Source: Ramazzottius varieornatus (taxonomy: Eukaryota; Animalia; Tardigrada). Taken from it: a stretch of 64,000 nucleotides of DNA. Under the pieces are notes generated by a model. It searched no databases. It was not told the origin of the DNA and saw only the letters and a list, made by a program, of their open reading frames with translations. The stretch's first letter is position 1. Each line of letters starts with the position of its first letter. The stretch spans positions 696,128 through 760,127 of the forward strand of contig BDGG01000001.1 in NCBI GenBank assembly GCA_001949185.1. Reading direction: 5' to 3'. Shown here in pieces: positions 1-12,300 of this stretch. A program made the position numbers and the translations under genes.

Positions 1-321
1 AAGCCGATACAGTTGCTCTTCTCTGTGCAACCTCGGCTAGTCTTTCACGATTAGAAGCCAGCTCTTCCTTCAACAGCCTAGTACTTTCCTTTAAAGAAGA
101 CCGCAGCAGTCAGTTCCCAGCTCCAGCAAGAACGAAGAAGGCTCAGAAAGTATCGTTCAACCCTTGACTTAGTTTACATTGGGATCCGTATCTCTTTTTA
201 TGCAACCGACTGACTTTTCTCGTTGCTCCACCCTTGATTCGTTTGATCACTCCAACGTGGTCATTGTCAGAATATTTTCTGGACTATGATATAAACCGGT
301 GTATCTGGCAAGGCTACCAGC

Positions 322-3300
322 ATGTCGGCCAGAGGTATGTTTCGTGGTATTGGTCAGTTTCCTCTCTAAATATTTGGTGCCAACCTTGTTTTGAGCAGTA
401 ATTTTTGAACATATGAAAAATTCCAGATGTTCTATGTCCCTTGACGACTTCCATTTTCACGACAAGTTTGGTAAAAGTAGGGCGTGACCAATACGAAGGT
501 TCAGGACGTCCAAATATTATCAGAGTTTCGTCGACCTAGTTTGAACGAATGCTGAATTTCCCCTTCTGACTTCGAACATTTTCTACAGTTCACTTGACAC
601 CATTGTGCTTGCAGGTAGCGCAGCTCCAGACGCAGGACGACCTGTCTTCACACAGAAGCCCGTCATTCGACAATCGGAGGATTTCAGCAAGATCCTCTTT
701 GAATGCAAAGTGAAGGGCGATCCCAAACCAACACTGACATGGTATCAAGGCAGCAAGGCACTGACAGCTGGTGCCAAGTACGCCATGATTATGAGCAACA
801 TGCCCTCCAGCGACGGGACCTTCGATGCTCGACTGGAGATCGCCAACGCCGAAGCCGGCGATGGGGGCGAGTACAAAGTGGTGGCCAGTAACTCGGCAGG
901 TGAAGGCCAGGCTACCATCAACCTGTCCTTCGCCAATGCAGATGAAGAAGCCGAAACTGGACCGTAAGTGTCTGCTAATGAATTGACTGAGAAACCAACC
1001 CACGAGAAACTTTCTTCACTGAAAACCAAAACAAGAAACTTTCCAATAGAACCTCTGGCAGAATAGCATTTTATACGTTCATTGTTTTGATGTGAGGTGA
1101 AGTTGTGAAACAGTAGACATCCTTCTTGATTTGCAGGTGGGCTGCAGCATACCAGGTTTTTCACGTTCAAATAGCAGCATTAGAATCGTCGATCAGAACT
1201 CTGAAATGAAATCAGATAATTATAACCCATTGTTACGGTTAGACAACCGAACTCCCACTCTTGCTTTCCGTGTTGGTGATATATATGCCACGGTGGTACT
1301 TGCAACACTGTCCTATTTGAGACATGGTTGGCGTACCCTGGTACAGTGAAATGTGTGAGGTGAAGAAAGTGCTAGCTTTCTCGTGCTCAAAATTGACTAG
1401 CAGTTTTGGACACATTAGTGCAGTTGCAGTGAGAAAGCGCATATACACTAAAGCAAGCAACTTTGATCACGGGAAGACTAGCACTTTTTACACTGTATAA
1501 CTGTAGCAATCTGCAGGATCTGTTACTGTTAGTGTGTGTGTACAAGCTGCGCTCGATCATGGATTGACGATGCCGTGTGGGTTATTTATAGGTCGGGAGT
1601 TCCTCGCTTCACAAGCAAACCAGCCATCCGCCAAGAAGGCACTTCGCTGTTTATGGAATGCAACTTGTCCGGAGACCCCAAGCCAGACATTAAATGGTTC
1701 CAGGGCGACTCGTCAGTGTTGGCTTCGGCTAGACACAAAATGACACTGAAATCAACCGGAGACAACACTTATCAAGCAATACTCACAATTCTTGTAAGCC
1801 ATTTAGCAGAAAACAGAAACAGGATAGTAAAAATTGATGCAAGACGGCAAAACATTGTATTTAGTATTTAGAACTAACTATTGTAATCTCGTTCTGGGGA
1901 CATACGCAGTAGGAATACTTGCAGAAATTGCTGCCATGATCGTCGTCTCTATTTTTCTACGCTTAAACTTGATTTTCTGCTTCAAAAAGACTCAGATGAC
2001 AGAAGCGTAATCGATCACCGTGATTACAGTCGGATAAGTATGTTTAAGGGTAAACTTTTCAGGACCCAGAACAATCTGACGCCGGTCAGTACCGCTGCAA
2101 CGCCAAGAATTCTGCCGGTGAAAGTAACGCCAATATTGCCTTGAATTTTGGTGGACCAGCCGAAGACCCCAAGGACGGAAAATATGCGCCCAAGTTCCAG
2201 GAGAAGCCACAAATCTTGCCAGGCAGTGACGGCTCGTATGTCCTGTTACGCGTTCGTGTCAAAGCCAACCCCGCACCAACAGCCACATGGTTCCTCAACA
2301 TGCAACCCGTCGACTTGGACGCTCGACGCATTGCTGTTGTTGAACCAGCCGACGCTCCGGAGAAGTACACAATCTCGCTGGAAATCCAGGAACCAGACTA
2401 TCGTGATGGGGGCACTTACCGATGCATCATTGCCAACGAACGGGGCGAAATCACAGCCAATCTGAATCTTAATATCGAAGGTATCAGTCGACCAACTTCA
2501 TCTTTCAAATGCGCGATGAAAGTTCTTTTTTGACTTCAAACACCGGAGCAAGATTAGAAGTCTTGGTAGCATGAACGACTTGTGAGCCTACAGGAATAAA
2601 ACAACAATTCGTTGAAAACAGGCAGTCCCTCAGAAGTCAGCATAAAACTTTCAGGCTGCATCGCAGCAAGCTTCATCGTATTGATATTTGTCTAATCTGG
2701 ATTTCCGAAATGAAATACGGCGATAAGATTTACTAGAGCCTTAAAATATTCCACTGTTGTTGTTTTTGATTTTAGCTCCACCGGACGAGGAAGAAGAAGG
2801 TCTGTTCGCGCCGGTCTTCTCCGGCAAGCCAAAGATTATCCCTTCAGCCGACGGTTCAAAAGTTACCCTAGAAGTGCGCTGTCGTGCCGAGCCAGAACCC
2901 AAGTCATTATGGAAGCTGGGCACCACAGAAATCCGGAAGTCTTCTCGGCATACCATCGAGGACAAGATTGAGTATGAGGAATTTGTCCACCGACTGATCA
3001 TTACTGTAAGTTACGACGCATAATCGTCCTCATTATTTCCTTCTTGAAATAACGCCGCTGACTATCTTTAATTTACCAACAGAATCCATCCAAGAAGGAT
3101 GCCGGCATTTATAGCTGTACGCTGAAGAATTCTGTCGGTGAATCGACTGCCAAACTGACGTTGAACATTGAAGGCGAAGATGAACCGGAAGGCGACAAAC
3201 CCAAGTTTATCCAGCAGCCTAAAATCACCATGGACGGCGAACGCGTTCTGGTGGACTTTATCACCGAGTCACAGGAGAAACCCACCGTGGTGTGGACTTT

Positions 3301-6300
3301 CAAAAATACAGAAATCAGAACTAGCTCGACGTACTCGATCAGAATGGAAACTGTCAAGACCTCACAGTATCGCGGTGTATTGGAGATTTCCCGAATCACA
3401 CCGGAACTGGGCGGACAGTACCAAGTCACAATATCCAATGCTTTTGGCAAACTCCAAGGAAACGTCAACCTCAATGTTGAACCGTAAGTTTCAGATCAAA
3501 ACTACTAGCGAACATAAACTGTAAATTTCGAAAATAACGTGGAGGAACGTCAACTTTTGATATTCTAGATACTGACAATCACATTACATGACATGACAGA
3601 GTCGTTCTCAGCGTGATGTAAATTGCAACATTACTGTAGTTTCTGCTGATGTAATTGTAAGGACACTGTTTTTGTAAATTCTTGTTTTTGAACGACGCAT
3701 CATCGGCATCCAACCTTACCGATTGTGCTCTGTTTAGGCCAAAGGAACTGATCATCGAGAAGCCAGCCGTTCGAACCAAGAAGCGCACCGTTGTGATCCA
3801 GACGACGATCGTCGGAGCCAGCGGTCAGCCAGACGTTGCGTGGTACAAAGGCTCACAGCAGATTCGCGCTTCCGGTCGCTACTCCAGCACCGTTCAACAA
3901 AGTAGCTCTGAGCAAACATCTTACAAGTGCTACCTCGAAATCACCGATGCCTCGGAGCAAGATGTGGGCGAGTACAAAGTCGTGGCCAAGAATGGTCGCA
4001 AAGAAGTCTCAGAGACTGTTCGGTGCACCATCAACGACGTCAAGCAAGCGCAACAGATGGACGAAGCCACCATGGATGTCGAAGAGACTGAAACCACCGA
4101 GATGACCGAAACAGAAGTTAGTGAATCTATGGAGGTCGAAGAAACACCTTCGAAGAAGCGCCCAGCTGATGAGGAGAAAGCTTCAGCCAGCAAGAAGAAA
4201 GAAGTGGAGGCGGATAAGAAACGCTCACCGGAAGTGTCGGAAACGGAAGCGGCGCCGGCCAAGAGAAAGACGGAGGAGACGAAAGCTGGAGGTGCTGCGA
4301 AGAAGTCTGACGCTGATCAAGCAGTACCGAAGGGTAAGGAAGCCAGTCCGGAGAAACGCGGTGGGCCGTCGAAGGAAAAGTCGCCCACACCCACACCGGC
4401 CAAGACAGCAACCGGTAAAGAGGCTGATCAGAAAGTCCCTGCTGGAAAGGCAGAGGATACGGCCAAGCCCTCTGCAAGGACTCCGGCGTCGGACGCCAAG
4501 AAGCCAGAGGACAGAACTGCAACAGGTCAGTCCACAGAGTCATCAGGAACTCGGTATACAAAGTCGGCAGGACTGTTTTCCAAGTGACGCACGCTGCAAG
4601 CTTAAAACAACGAAAGCGTGCGTACCTTGAGAAAACTAACTCGTCAAGATCGCTTTTTGCAGGCGGCGCGTGCTCTCAGTGTTGTTGGCTGGAGGCTTGC
4701 GCCACTTGGAAAAACGATCTTGCCGAGTTTGTTCGCTGTGTCATGGTGAAGGTTTCGTGAATGCTGTTGATGTGTGAATATGAAGTGTGGATACTGCGCA
4801 TGTGAAAGCAAGGCGACTGAGGACCATTGATTCTCTGATGCATGGTTTGAATGCATTCTCTTTGCTACCCCCACAGAAACTTCATCTTCTTCTTCCGCAC
4901 GTGATACCAGTCAAAGCACGCAGTCCAAACGCACGTTTGATCGGTCTGAGCCTGCAAAGGCCAGCCAGCCTGAGACGGTAGTGAAGCCTGCGGACGATGA
5001 TTATCCCAGCACGAAAAAACCTGCTCGACGCACATCCGGTGGCTTCGACTTTGGCAAGTCACCTTCACCTCCTGCTCGCACAGAGACCAGAACTTCCACT
5101 CAGACCACTGAGCGTACAACCACAGACAGCATGAGACCAGACTCGCTAGGGTCAGATAAATTGCAGGCTGACATTGTACGACCAACTGCTGGTGGTCTTG
5201 GTCGAGCGAGCCAACCGGAAGTAGCCAGCACGACTAAACCGGAAGTAACGAGTAGTCAAAGTGAAGGCACCACGAATGTTCGAGATGCACCTGGTAGTCG
5301 AACAGAACCTAGCATGCTCAGAAACGAAATATCCAGCACGGCTAAAACAGATACTGGTCGAACCGGACCTAGCACGACTACGAGCACGAACAAAGCGGAA
5401 GCTGGTCGAGCAGAGCCGAGCATGAGTAAGTCAGACACAGTAACCAGTCGAAGTGACACCAGCACGAGCAAGACCAGTACAGTACCTGATCGCTCAGAAC
5501 CCAGCATGTCGCGAGCAGAAAGCAGCATGGGTAAGCCAGACACAACGCCTGTAGCTGGTCGACCAGAGCCTGCTGCTCGCGGTACCCCGCGGCGACCCGA
5601 GTCGCCTTCGCCCGATGCACGAGGTATGGCTCCCGTACGCAAAGAGCCGTCTCCCCCTACAGCACGTCACAGCTCGCGCAAAGAGTCTTCTCCACCTTTC
5701 AAGATGGCTTCGAATGGTACTGGTGCACAGCCTGTTGCTGGACCGAAACCTGAGACGCTACCTGCTTCACAGTCTGGTACAGCATCTAGTGCATCCACCA
5801 CCACCTCCACACAAAAACAACCAGAGTTACCAAACACTTCCTCGACCAACGTTCGTAACGTTCCTTCTACCACCCTTTCAGAACCCACCGCGTCTGCATC
5901 AGCCAGTCGTAAAGGCTCTGAGAGTGTGACGTCTCCTGCACCGACACCTGCCCCTGGTAGTCGCCGCGAATCGGCCGCAGCTCCTACTCCCGCTCCAGCT
6001 CCCGCACAAACCAAACCTGCGGGTAAGACGCCCGAAGCGGTCCCCGCAGCTGGAGCACCGACCACCGCCAAATCTTCCCCCACCTCCACCGCCACACCTC
6101 CCAAGACTGAACCGGGCAAAACAGGTGCGACTACTGCTGCTCCCGTTGCAGATAAACCTGCTGCCGCAAAACCTGGAACAACCACAACCAAGCCTGGTGA
6201 GACGGCCAAACCTGCAGACGCGGCAAAGCCTGCTGCTGCCAAACCAGGTACGTAAAAGATTCCGATATCTGGGACCAAGGCAAGTGGCACACGTTTCAGC

Positions 6301-9300
6301 CAAGAACACTGAGAACGTACGCCGCTTGGAATAACAATCGCAGTAAGATCGTTTTCCCAAGTGGCGAACGCTGTCAGTCAATAACAATATAAGCGTGCGT
6401 CACTTGGGGAGATGATCTTGTTAGAGTGTTTGTCGAGCTGAAGTTTTTACTCTTGAACGATAGATGATTTCTATCGACTGTTTATCTTGGTAGGTGACTT
6501 GCAACCGCCGAAAGCTGTTGGGCCCAAGCTTAGCCTGACTCCGGCCCAGGAGGACAAGATGGAAGCGTACCCCACTTTGAAGCCTGTTGCGCCTGGTGCG
6601 AAGCCGGCGGGAGAAGACAAGGCTGGACCAAAGCTGGCTGAAACGACAAAGCCAGCTGCTACACCGGCGTTGAAGCCACCAGCCAAGAAACCAGAAGAAC
6701 CCAAGCCTGCTGCGGCCAAACCGGCGGCGGCTAAACCTGCGGCAGCAGCCAAACCTTCAGCTTCACCCAGACCTTCAATCGCAGAGTACGTATATCCCTG
6801 CCGTTAACGGTAGAAATATATTCAAACGAAATACTGTGTGAGGTTTTATTGTGAGCAACGTCCATCAGGTTTTACAACAATAGAACCAGTCTTGCTATAA
6901 TGTAGTGAAGTATTGGAGCCACAGCTTAAACATCTTTGGGGTTTACAGAGTGCCAGGAGCGAACGATCCAAAGCCTCCGTACTTCTCGGCCCGAATCAAA
7001 CCGGTGGCTGTCAAGGATGGTCAGTCGGCAGAGTTCACTTGCAAGGTTAAGGGAAACCCGCAACCACAGGTTTCGTGGTACAAGTAAGTACTCTGACCTC
7101 TCTTTTCGAAGCTTGTGTTTCGGGCAGTCTGAAATTTACGGATATGAATATTGTAGACAAGACAAACTGGTGGAAGCCAGCGATGATTTTCTCATCACAT
7201 TCGACGGCCAGACTGCCACATTGAAGTTTGTCGACTGCTTCCCGGAAGACAGTGGCAAAATCACCTGCACAATCAAAAACGAGCATGGCGAAGAAAGCTG
7301 CTCGGCCATGCTGACTGTGAAAGGTACGGGCCTTTTTTCTATTCCAAAAATGACTCAGCAAGGATGGTAAAAATAGAGTCACAGCGTGTACTTTATTATT
7401 CTAGCTGAAGAGAAGAGACCGGAACCCAAACAAGAAGCTAAGCCGTCCGTTCCCAAGACCAAGAAGGTCTCTATGGCCGGTATCGAAAGCGACGACGAGG
7501 TAAAAGCGCAAGTGTATTCACAACGCAGGAAAAAAAACAACCACGAGAGGCGACGTTTCTTGTCGCAAGAAAACTCAACCACGAAAGTAAAGCACGATGA
7601 AATTTCTCCGGAAAGAGATTTCGGTGTTTAATTAAATTTTCTACCAACATATCGAGATGGCTAAATAACCTAAGTCAGGGCGAATTGTCTCTTGGTTCAC
7701 TGTCATGCTTAACCCTGGTCCGGTAACTGTCTTCCTCAATGGTGTAACGGGCTTTTTCCTACAAGTTTTCCCCTCATTTGTATCCTTTTCTTCGCCCGGT
7801 GAAGGTCTCGGTCAGCGAGAGCGGTCCCCGTCGTCCCACCAGTCAGCCCCGCAAAGGTTCGCTCGGGCCCGGTGGCGTTCGCCGTGACTCGGCTGACTTG
7901 TCCGTCTCCGAAGATTTTGGCCCCGGTATTCTGAAAAAGCTGGCGAGACCCAGTGTCATGGTAGAATCCCCCGATACCTCACGTCGCGCCTCCCAAGCCA
8001 ATGTCCAGTTCATCGAGGTACCTTACCCGTTACCCGTAGTATACACCGTGTTCTCCAATGGGGTTACATTTCACGTTCTTTACCCTGTCTTTCTCTTGTT
8101 CTCCCTACAGCCTCATGCTAGCGGTGGTGGAAAACTTCGTCCCGGAGAAGTTGCTGACAGAGTAGGTCACTTTTTAGTCACAATCAAGGAGTGGAAACTT
8201 GGCAAACAAACTCGATCAAATCGTCCTTCAAGTGGCGCAGGCTATCAGTTAATGGCACTGGAAACGTGCGCCACCTCGGAAAAGAATTTGATCGAGCGGC
8301 GCATGCTATTCGCTAACAATACAGGAGACGTGCACCACTTGGACAACCGATGTGGTCTAGTTCGTAGGCCGAGCTCACATATCACTCCAGCTTTTTACCA
8401 TCGCGCTTTGTGCAACTTCTTATTAACCTGGATGAAATGGAGAGCTGATGATATAAATACTTACTCGATTTGTTGCGTAACATCAAGCAGAGCACATGTG
8501 CTTCTAATTATGGCTAAAAACACGACTGCGTATAGCATGCGTTGAGGATTGATACGGTCCACTGTAATTGTTTGCCAAGGGTAACCCAACACTTGTCTCA
8601 CTGCCTGGGTTTTTTCTCTTCCGTGTTTTTCTTCAGCCTTCTTCGGCTCTTCGTAGCATGTGAAGACGAAGAAGTGGCAGATGAGGCTGGCAAGTGTCAT
8701 GAGACAGCATGTGATGATGGCTACCTGCCGGCTTTGTGTACACTGTGAGTATCCGGTCCTACCACGCAAGAACAGCGGCGCCGATTAAAAGAGATAACCT
8801 TTTTCCTTCTGACTGGATGACTAAAATTATAATAGGCAAATATAACCGCTATTTATAACGCCGTACCATGCTGTCTTGATCATAATCTGCGTTTTACTCA
8901 TCTTCTTCATCGGTTCGAATCCATCTTTCCCTCAACGATGGCTGGTCTTCTTATAGCGACGACGATCCAGTGTCGATCTGCGACGCCAAAGGTACGCGCA
9001 GTTGCGCCCTTTAGCTTTACTCTGATGAGTTTTCTTTTGTATTGCTAATTAATCGATCAACATCATCATGGCGGTCAAGGCTCATCCACCTGCCGCTGCC
9101 GGTAAACTGAGTGCGGCCAGTAAACCAACTGCCCCTGCTGTTGATTCTAGTGTGATGGAAAAGTTGGATATTCCATCGACACCGCTGGTTCCCAAAGGTC
9201 CAGCAGGCACTGCGCCCACTGTCGATGCGCCACCCAACGTCCAAACCACAGAAGGTAAGTACATGATCCCGTGATATACAGCGCGTCAGTGCCCCCTGAT

Positions 9301-12300
9301 GACACCATTTAGTTGTCTGAAATTTTCCAACGGTATTCGTCGCTTTCGGAAGCCGGCGTCAGCTTACAATAAGCTCGGGCTTCCATCGCACGAAGTGCAG
9401 ATTCAAAATTACATCAGAAGACCCCATGAAACTCGACGAGACTTGCTTGGAAAACGCATGCAGCAAAACGGCGAGCTGAAGACGGTTCGATGAACGTTGA
9501 TATAGCTGTGCATGATCAGCGCAAAGTCACGTTCAACGCAAAACCCAACAAAATGTCATAAGCTCGAAAGGTAGAAGCAGTATTTCTCTTTTTCTGTAGA
9601 TGCGACGGCATACTTTGCCGTAGTGGTGGAAGGCAACCCCGTTCCAGAAATCAAGTGGTACAAAGGTACCCGCGAAGTCATTACCGAAGGTCGAGTCATG
9701 CTCAAGACCGACGGTACCAGCAACCAGGCCTTCCTCTTCATCAAGAAGGCTCGTCACACCGATGAAGGAAAGTACCGGGTGGTGGCTACCAACTCTGTCG
9801 GTAGCGACGAAGCCGAAATCACACTCTTTGTCAGTGCTGGCGGTGATGCCGGCATGGACTTCCGCGCCCTCCTGCAGAAACGCAAGTACGACAAGTGGGG
9901 CATTGAGGAAGAAGACCCCAACTGGGGTGACTTGAAACATCTGGAACAGGAGAAGATTGAACTGAAGAAACGCGATGCCAAGAAGGACCATTTCATGAAA
10001 GAACTGTTCGATATCAGACTCAAACAAGGTACGAACCAGCTACAGGTCGTAGTTCGCTTTATGAATGATATTAACACTTGGGATGCCAACAAACACAGAT
10101 CATTTTCTCAAGTGGCGCATGCTCATGGCCACTAATAATGGCAATGTGCGTCACTTGGGAACTCGACAATACCGTTTTCCTAAGTGGCGTACGCTCACGG
10201 CTAATATCTCCGAAAAAGTGCGCCACTTGAGACAGCGAGCTGGGTGAATACATTTGCTGACGTCTCGTTGGTGTAACCAAGAGGCACTATGGAATAACGT
10301 AGAAAAAAACATTCAAAGTTATGAGGTTATCCAGAGTTTCAAAGAAAAATCTGATTCAAACTCAAGGCATAAAACTACTCACGAGAAAATTAAACATGTC
10401 GTTTTTCGTTCAGGCAAGGACAAATTAGCGCGATTTGAGTGCGTGTTCAGTCGACCCGATCAGAAGCCAAAATGGAGTAAAGGAAAGGAAGAAATCTTCC
10501 CGGGCATCAAATACAAAATAATCAACGAGAAAGACACGCACATTCTCGAGCTGAAAGACCCCAAAGCCGAAGACAGTGGGCAGTTCATCTGCACCATTGG
10601 TGACGTCTCCACCAAGTGCTATCTGCAAGTAGACGAACCCGACCCAGTGGTCGACTTCAACCCCAAACTGCCGAAAGAGCTGCATGAAGACAAGTTTAAA
10701 GATGGCGAGTTGATGTGTAAAATCACCGTCCCCAAAATGTCGGTGAAATGGCTGAAGAACGGCACACCCATTGAACGTGGGGACAAGTATGATATCCAGA
10801 AGGACGCGGTGGGCAGATGTATACTGAAGATTCGGAAGTTGAATGAAGGCGACAGTGGCGAGTATACTTGTCAGTACAACGACAAGATCTTCACCAAATG
10901 TAAGTTCGTGGTGGACCAACCCATCTTCAAGTTCACCAAACCACTGAAGAGTATCAAGGCCACGGAGAAGGATGACATTGTCTTGGAATGTGAGGTGGAA
11001 GATGCCAATGCCGAAGTCAAGTGGACGAAGAATGGGAAACCCATCGCACCGTCGGATAAACATGAAATTGTCATTGATGGAAAGAAGAGGAAGCTGATCA
11101 TCAAGAAAGCCGACTTGACGGATGAGGATAAGTATCAGTGCAAGACCAACGCCGATACGACGGAAAGCGAAGTTATCGTCGAACCATTCAACAAGGTATG
11201 AACTGAACACTTCTTACTAGTGAGGAAGAATGTGAATGAGTTCTGGGGCTGTTTAGGTGGTGAAGGGGCTGAAGGATCAGTCGTTATTGACCAAAGAAAC
11301 AGCCAACTTTGAGGTTGAATTTAAGGACCCGAAGGCGCCTGTACATTGGTTCAAAGATGGTGTGGAAATCAAGCCGGATGCCAGGATGGAGGTGAAGAGT
11401 ACGCGAGGTCTACATATCCTGACCATAAAGGACCTGAAAATTGAGGATGCCGGTCGGTATGAAGCAAGGGTCGGGGCCTTGACCAGTGGCTGCAAATTGA
11501 AAGTCGAAGAAGGTAAGAAATAGACCCTGATCAAAGAGGAAAGCTTGAATACTAACCAAAAACAATCGTTGCGGAAAACAACCGTAGAAAAATGGCATAA
11601 AGAATTTCTTGAGGCTTCTTGAGAGGTGCCATCCCCCGTCAGCAATGGACAAATACAGTCATGCTTCGCTGCTGGAATATTTTCTCCACCGACGTTTTCG
11701 TGCTCGCGATGAAAAATCTGCACTACAGAGTTGTCATCATATTTTCTGCAGGTGAGACAGCGCCAAAAATCAATATGGCAAAGACGAGGATGACGGCGCA
11801 AGTTGGTCAAGCTCACGAGTTCAAAGTACCGTATAAAGTGGGCGGTGTCAAGCCCTCTAAGCCCATCTTCCACCTTCTGCGCAACGGTAAGCCCGTTCCT
11901 GCTAAAGATTTCGACGTGGTGGTTGACAATGACGAGATCAAAGTCAAGCTGAAGACGCCACAACGCGGCGATGAAGGTGACTACACGATGAAACTGCTCA
12001 ACTCGGCTGGCTCAGACGAAGTACCCATCAGCATCAAGGTCGAAGATGTCCCGGCACCGCCGGAGAACCTGACGGTGGACGCCATCCATGCTGAAGGATG
12101 CAAGCTACACTGGAACCCACCGAAGGACGATGGTGGGTCGCCATTGACGGGATATGCTGTCGAAGTTCAGGAAGGCAAAAATGGTCCGTGGAAGCCGGCT
12201 GGAAAGATCGAGATGATCCCGCCGGAAACCATGCCTGCACCTACCTTCGCGGTACGTATGTTCAGCCCATTCACTAATATTAACTGATTGTTTGATTGTT

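Larger units (their letters stand above)
4041..6785 (+). other. PEVK-like / Ser-Thr-Pro-Ala-Lys-rich elastic spacer of twitchin (exons ..4525, 4877-6247, 6494-6785)
   Basis: ORFs 3682-4587, 4981-6255 and 6487-6807 are low-complexity E/K/P/A/S/T-rich (AAKPAAAKP repeats). Joined by phase-1 introns 4526-4876 and 6248-6493. Confidence 0.8.
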
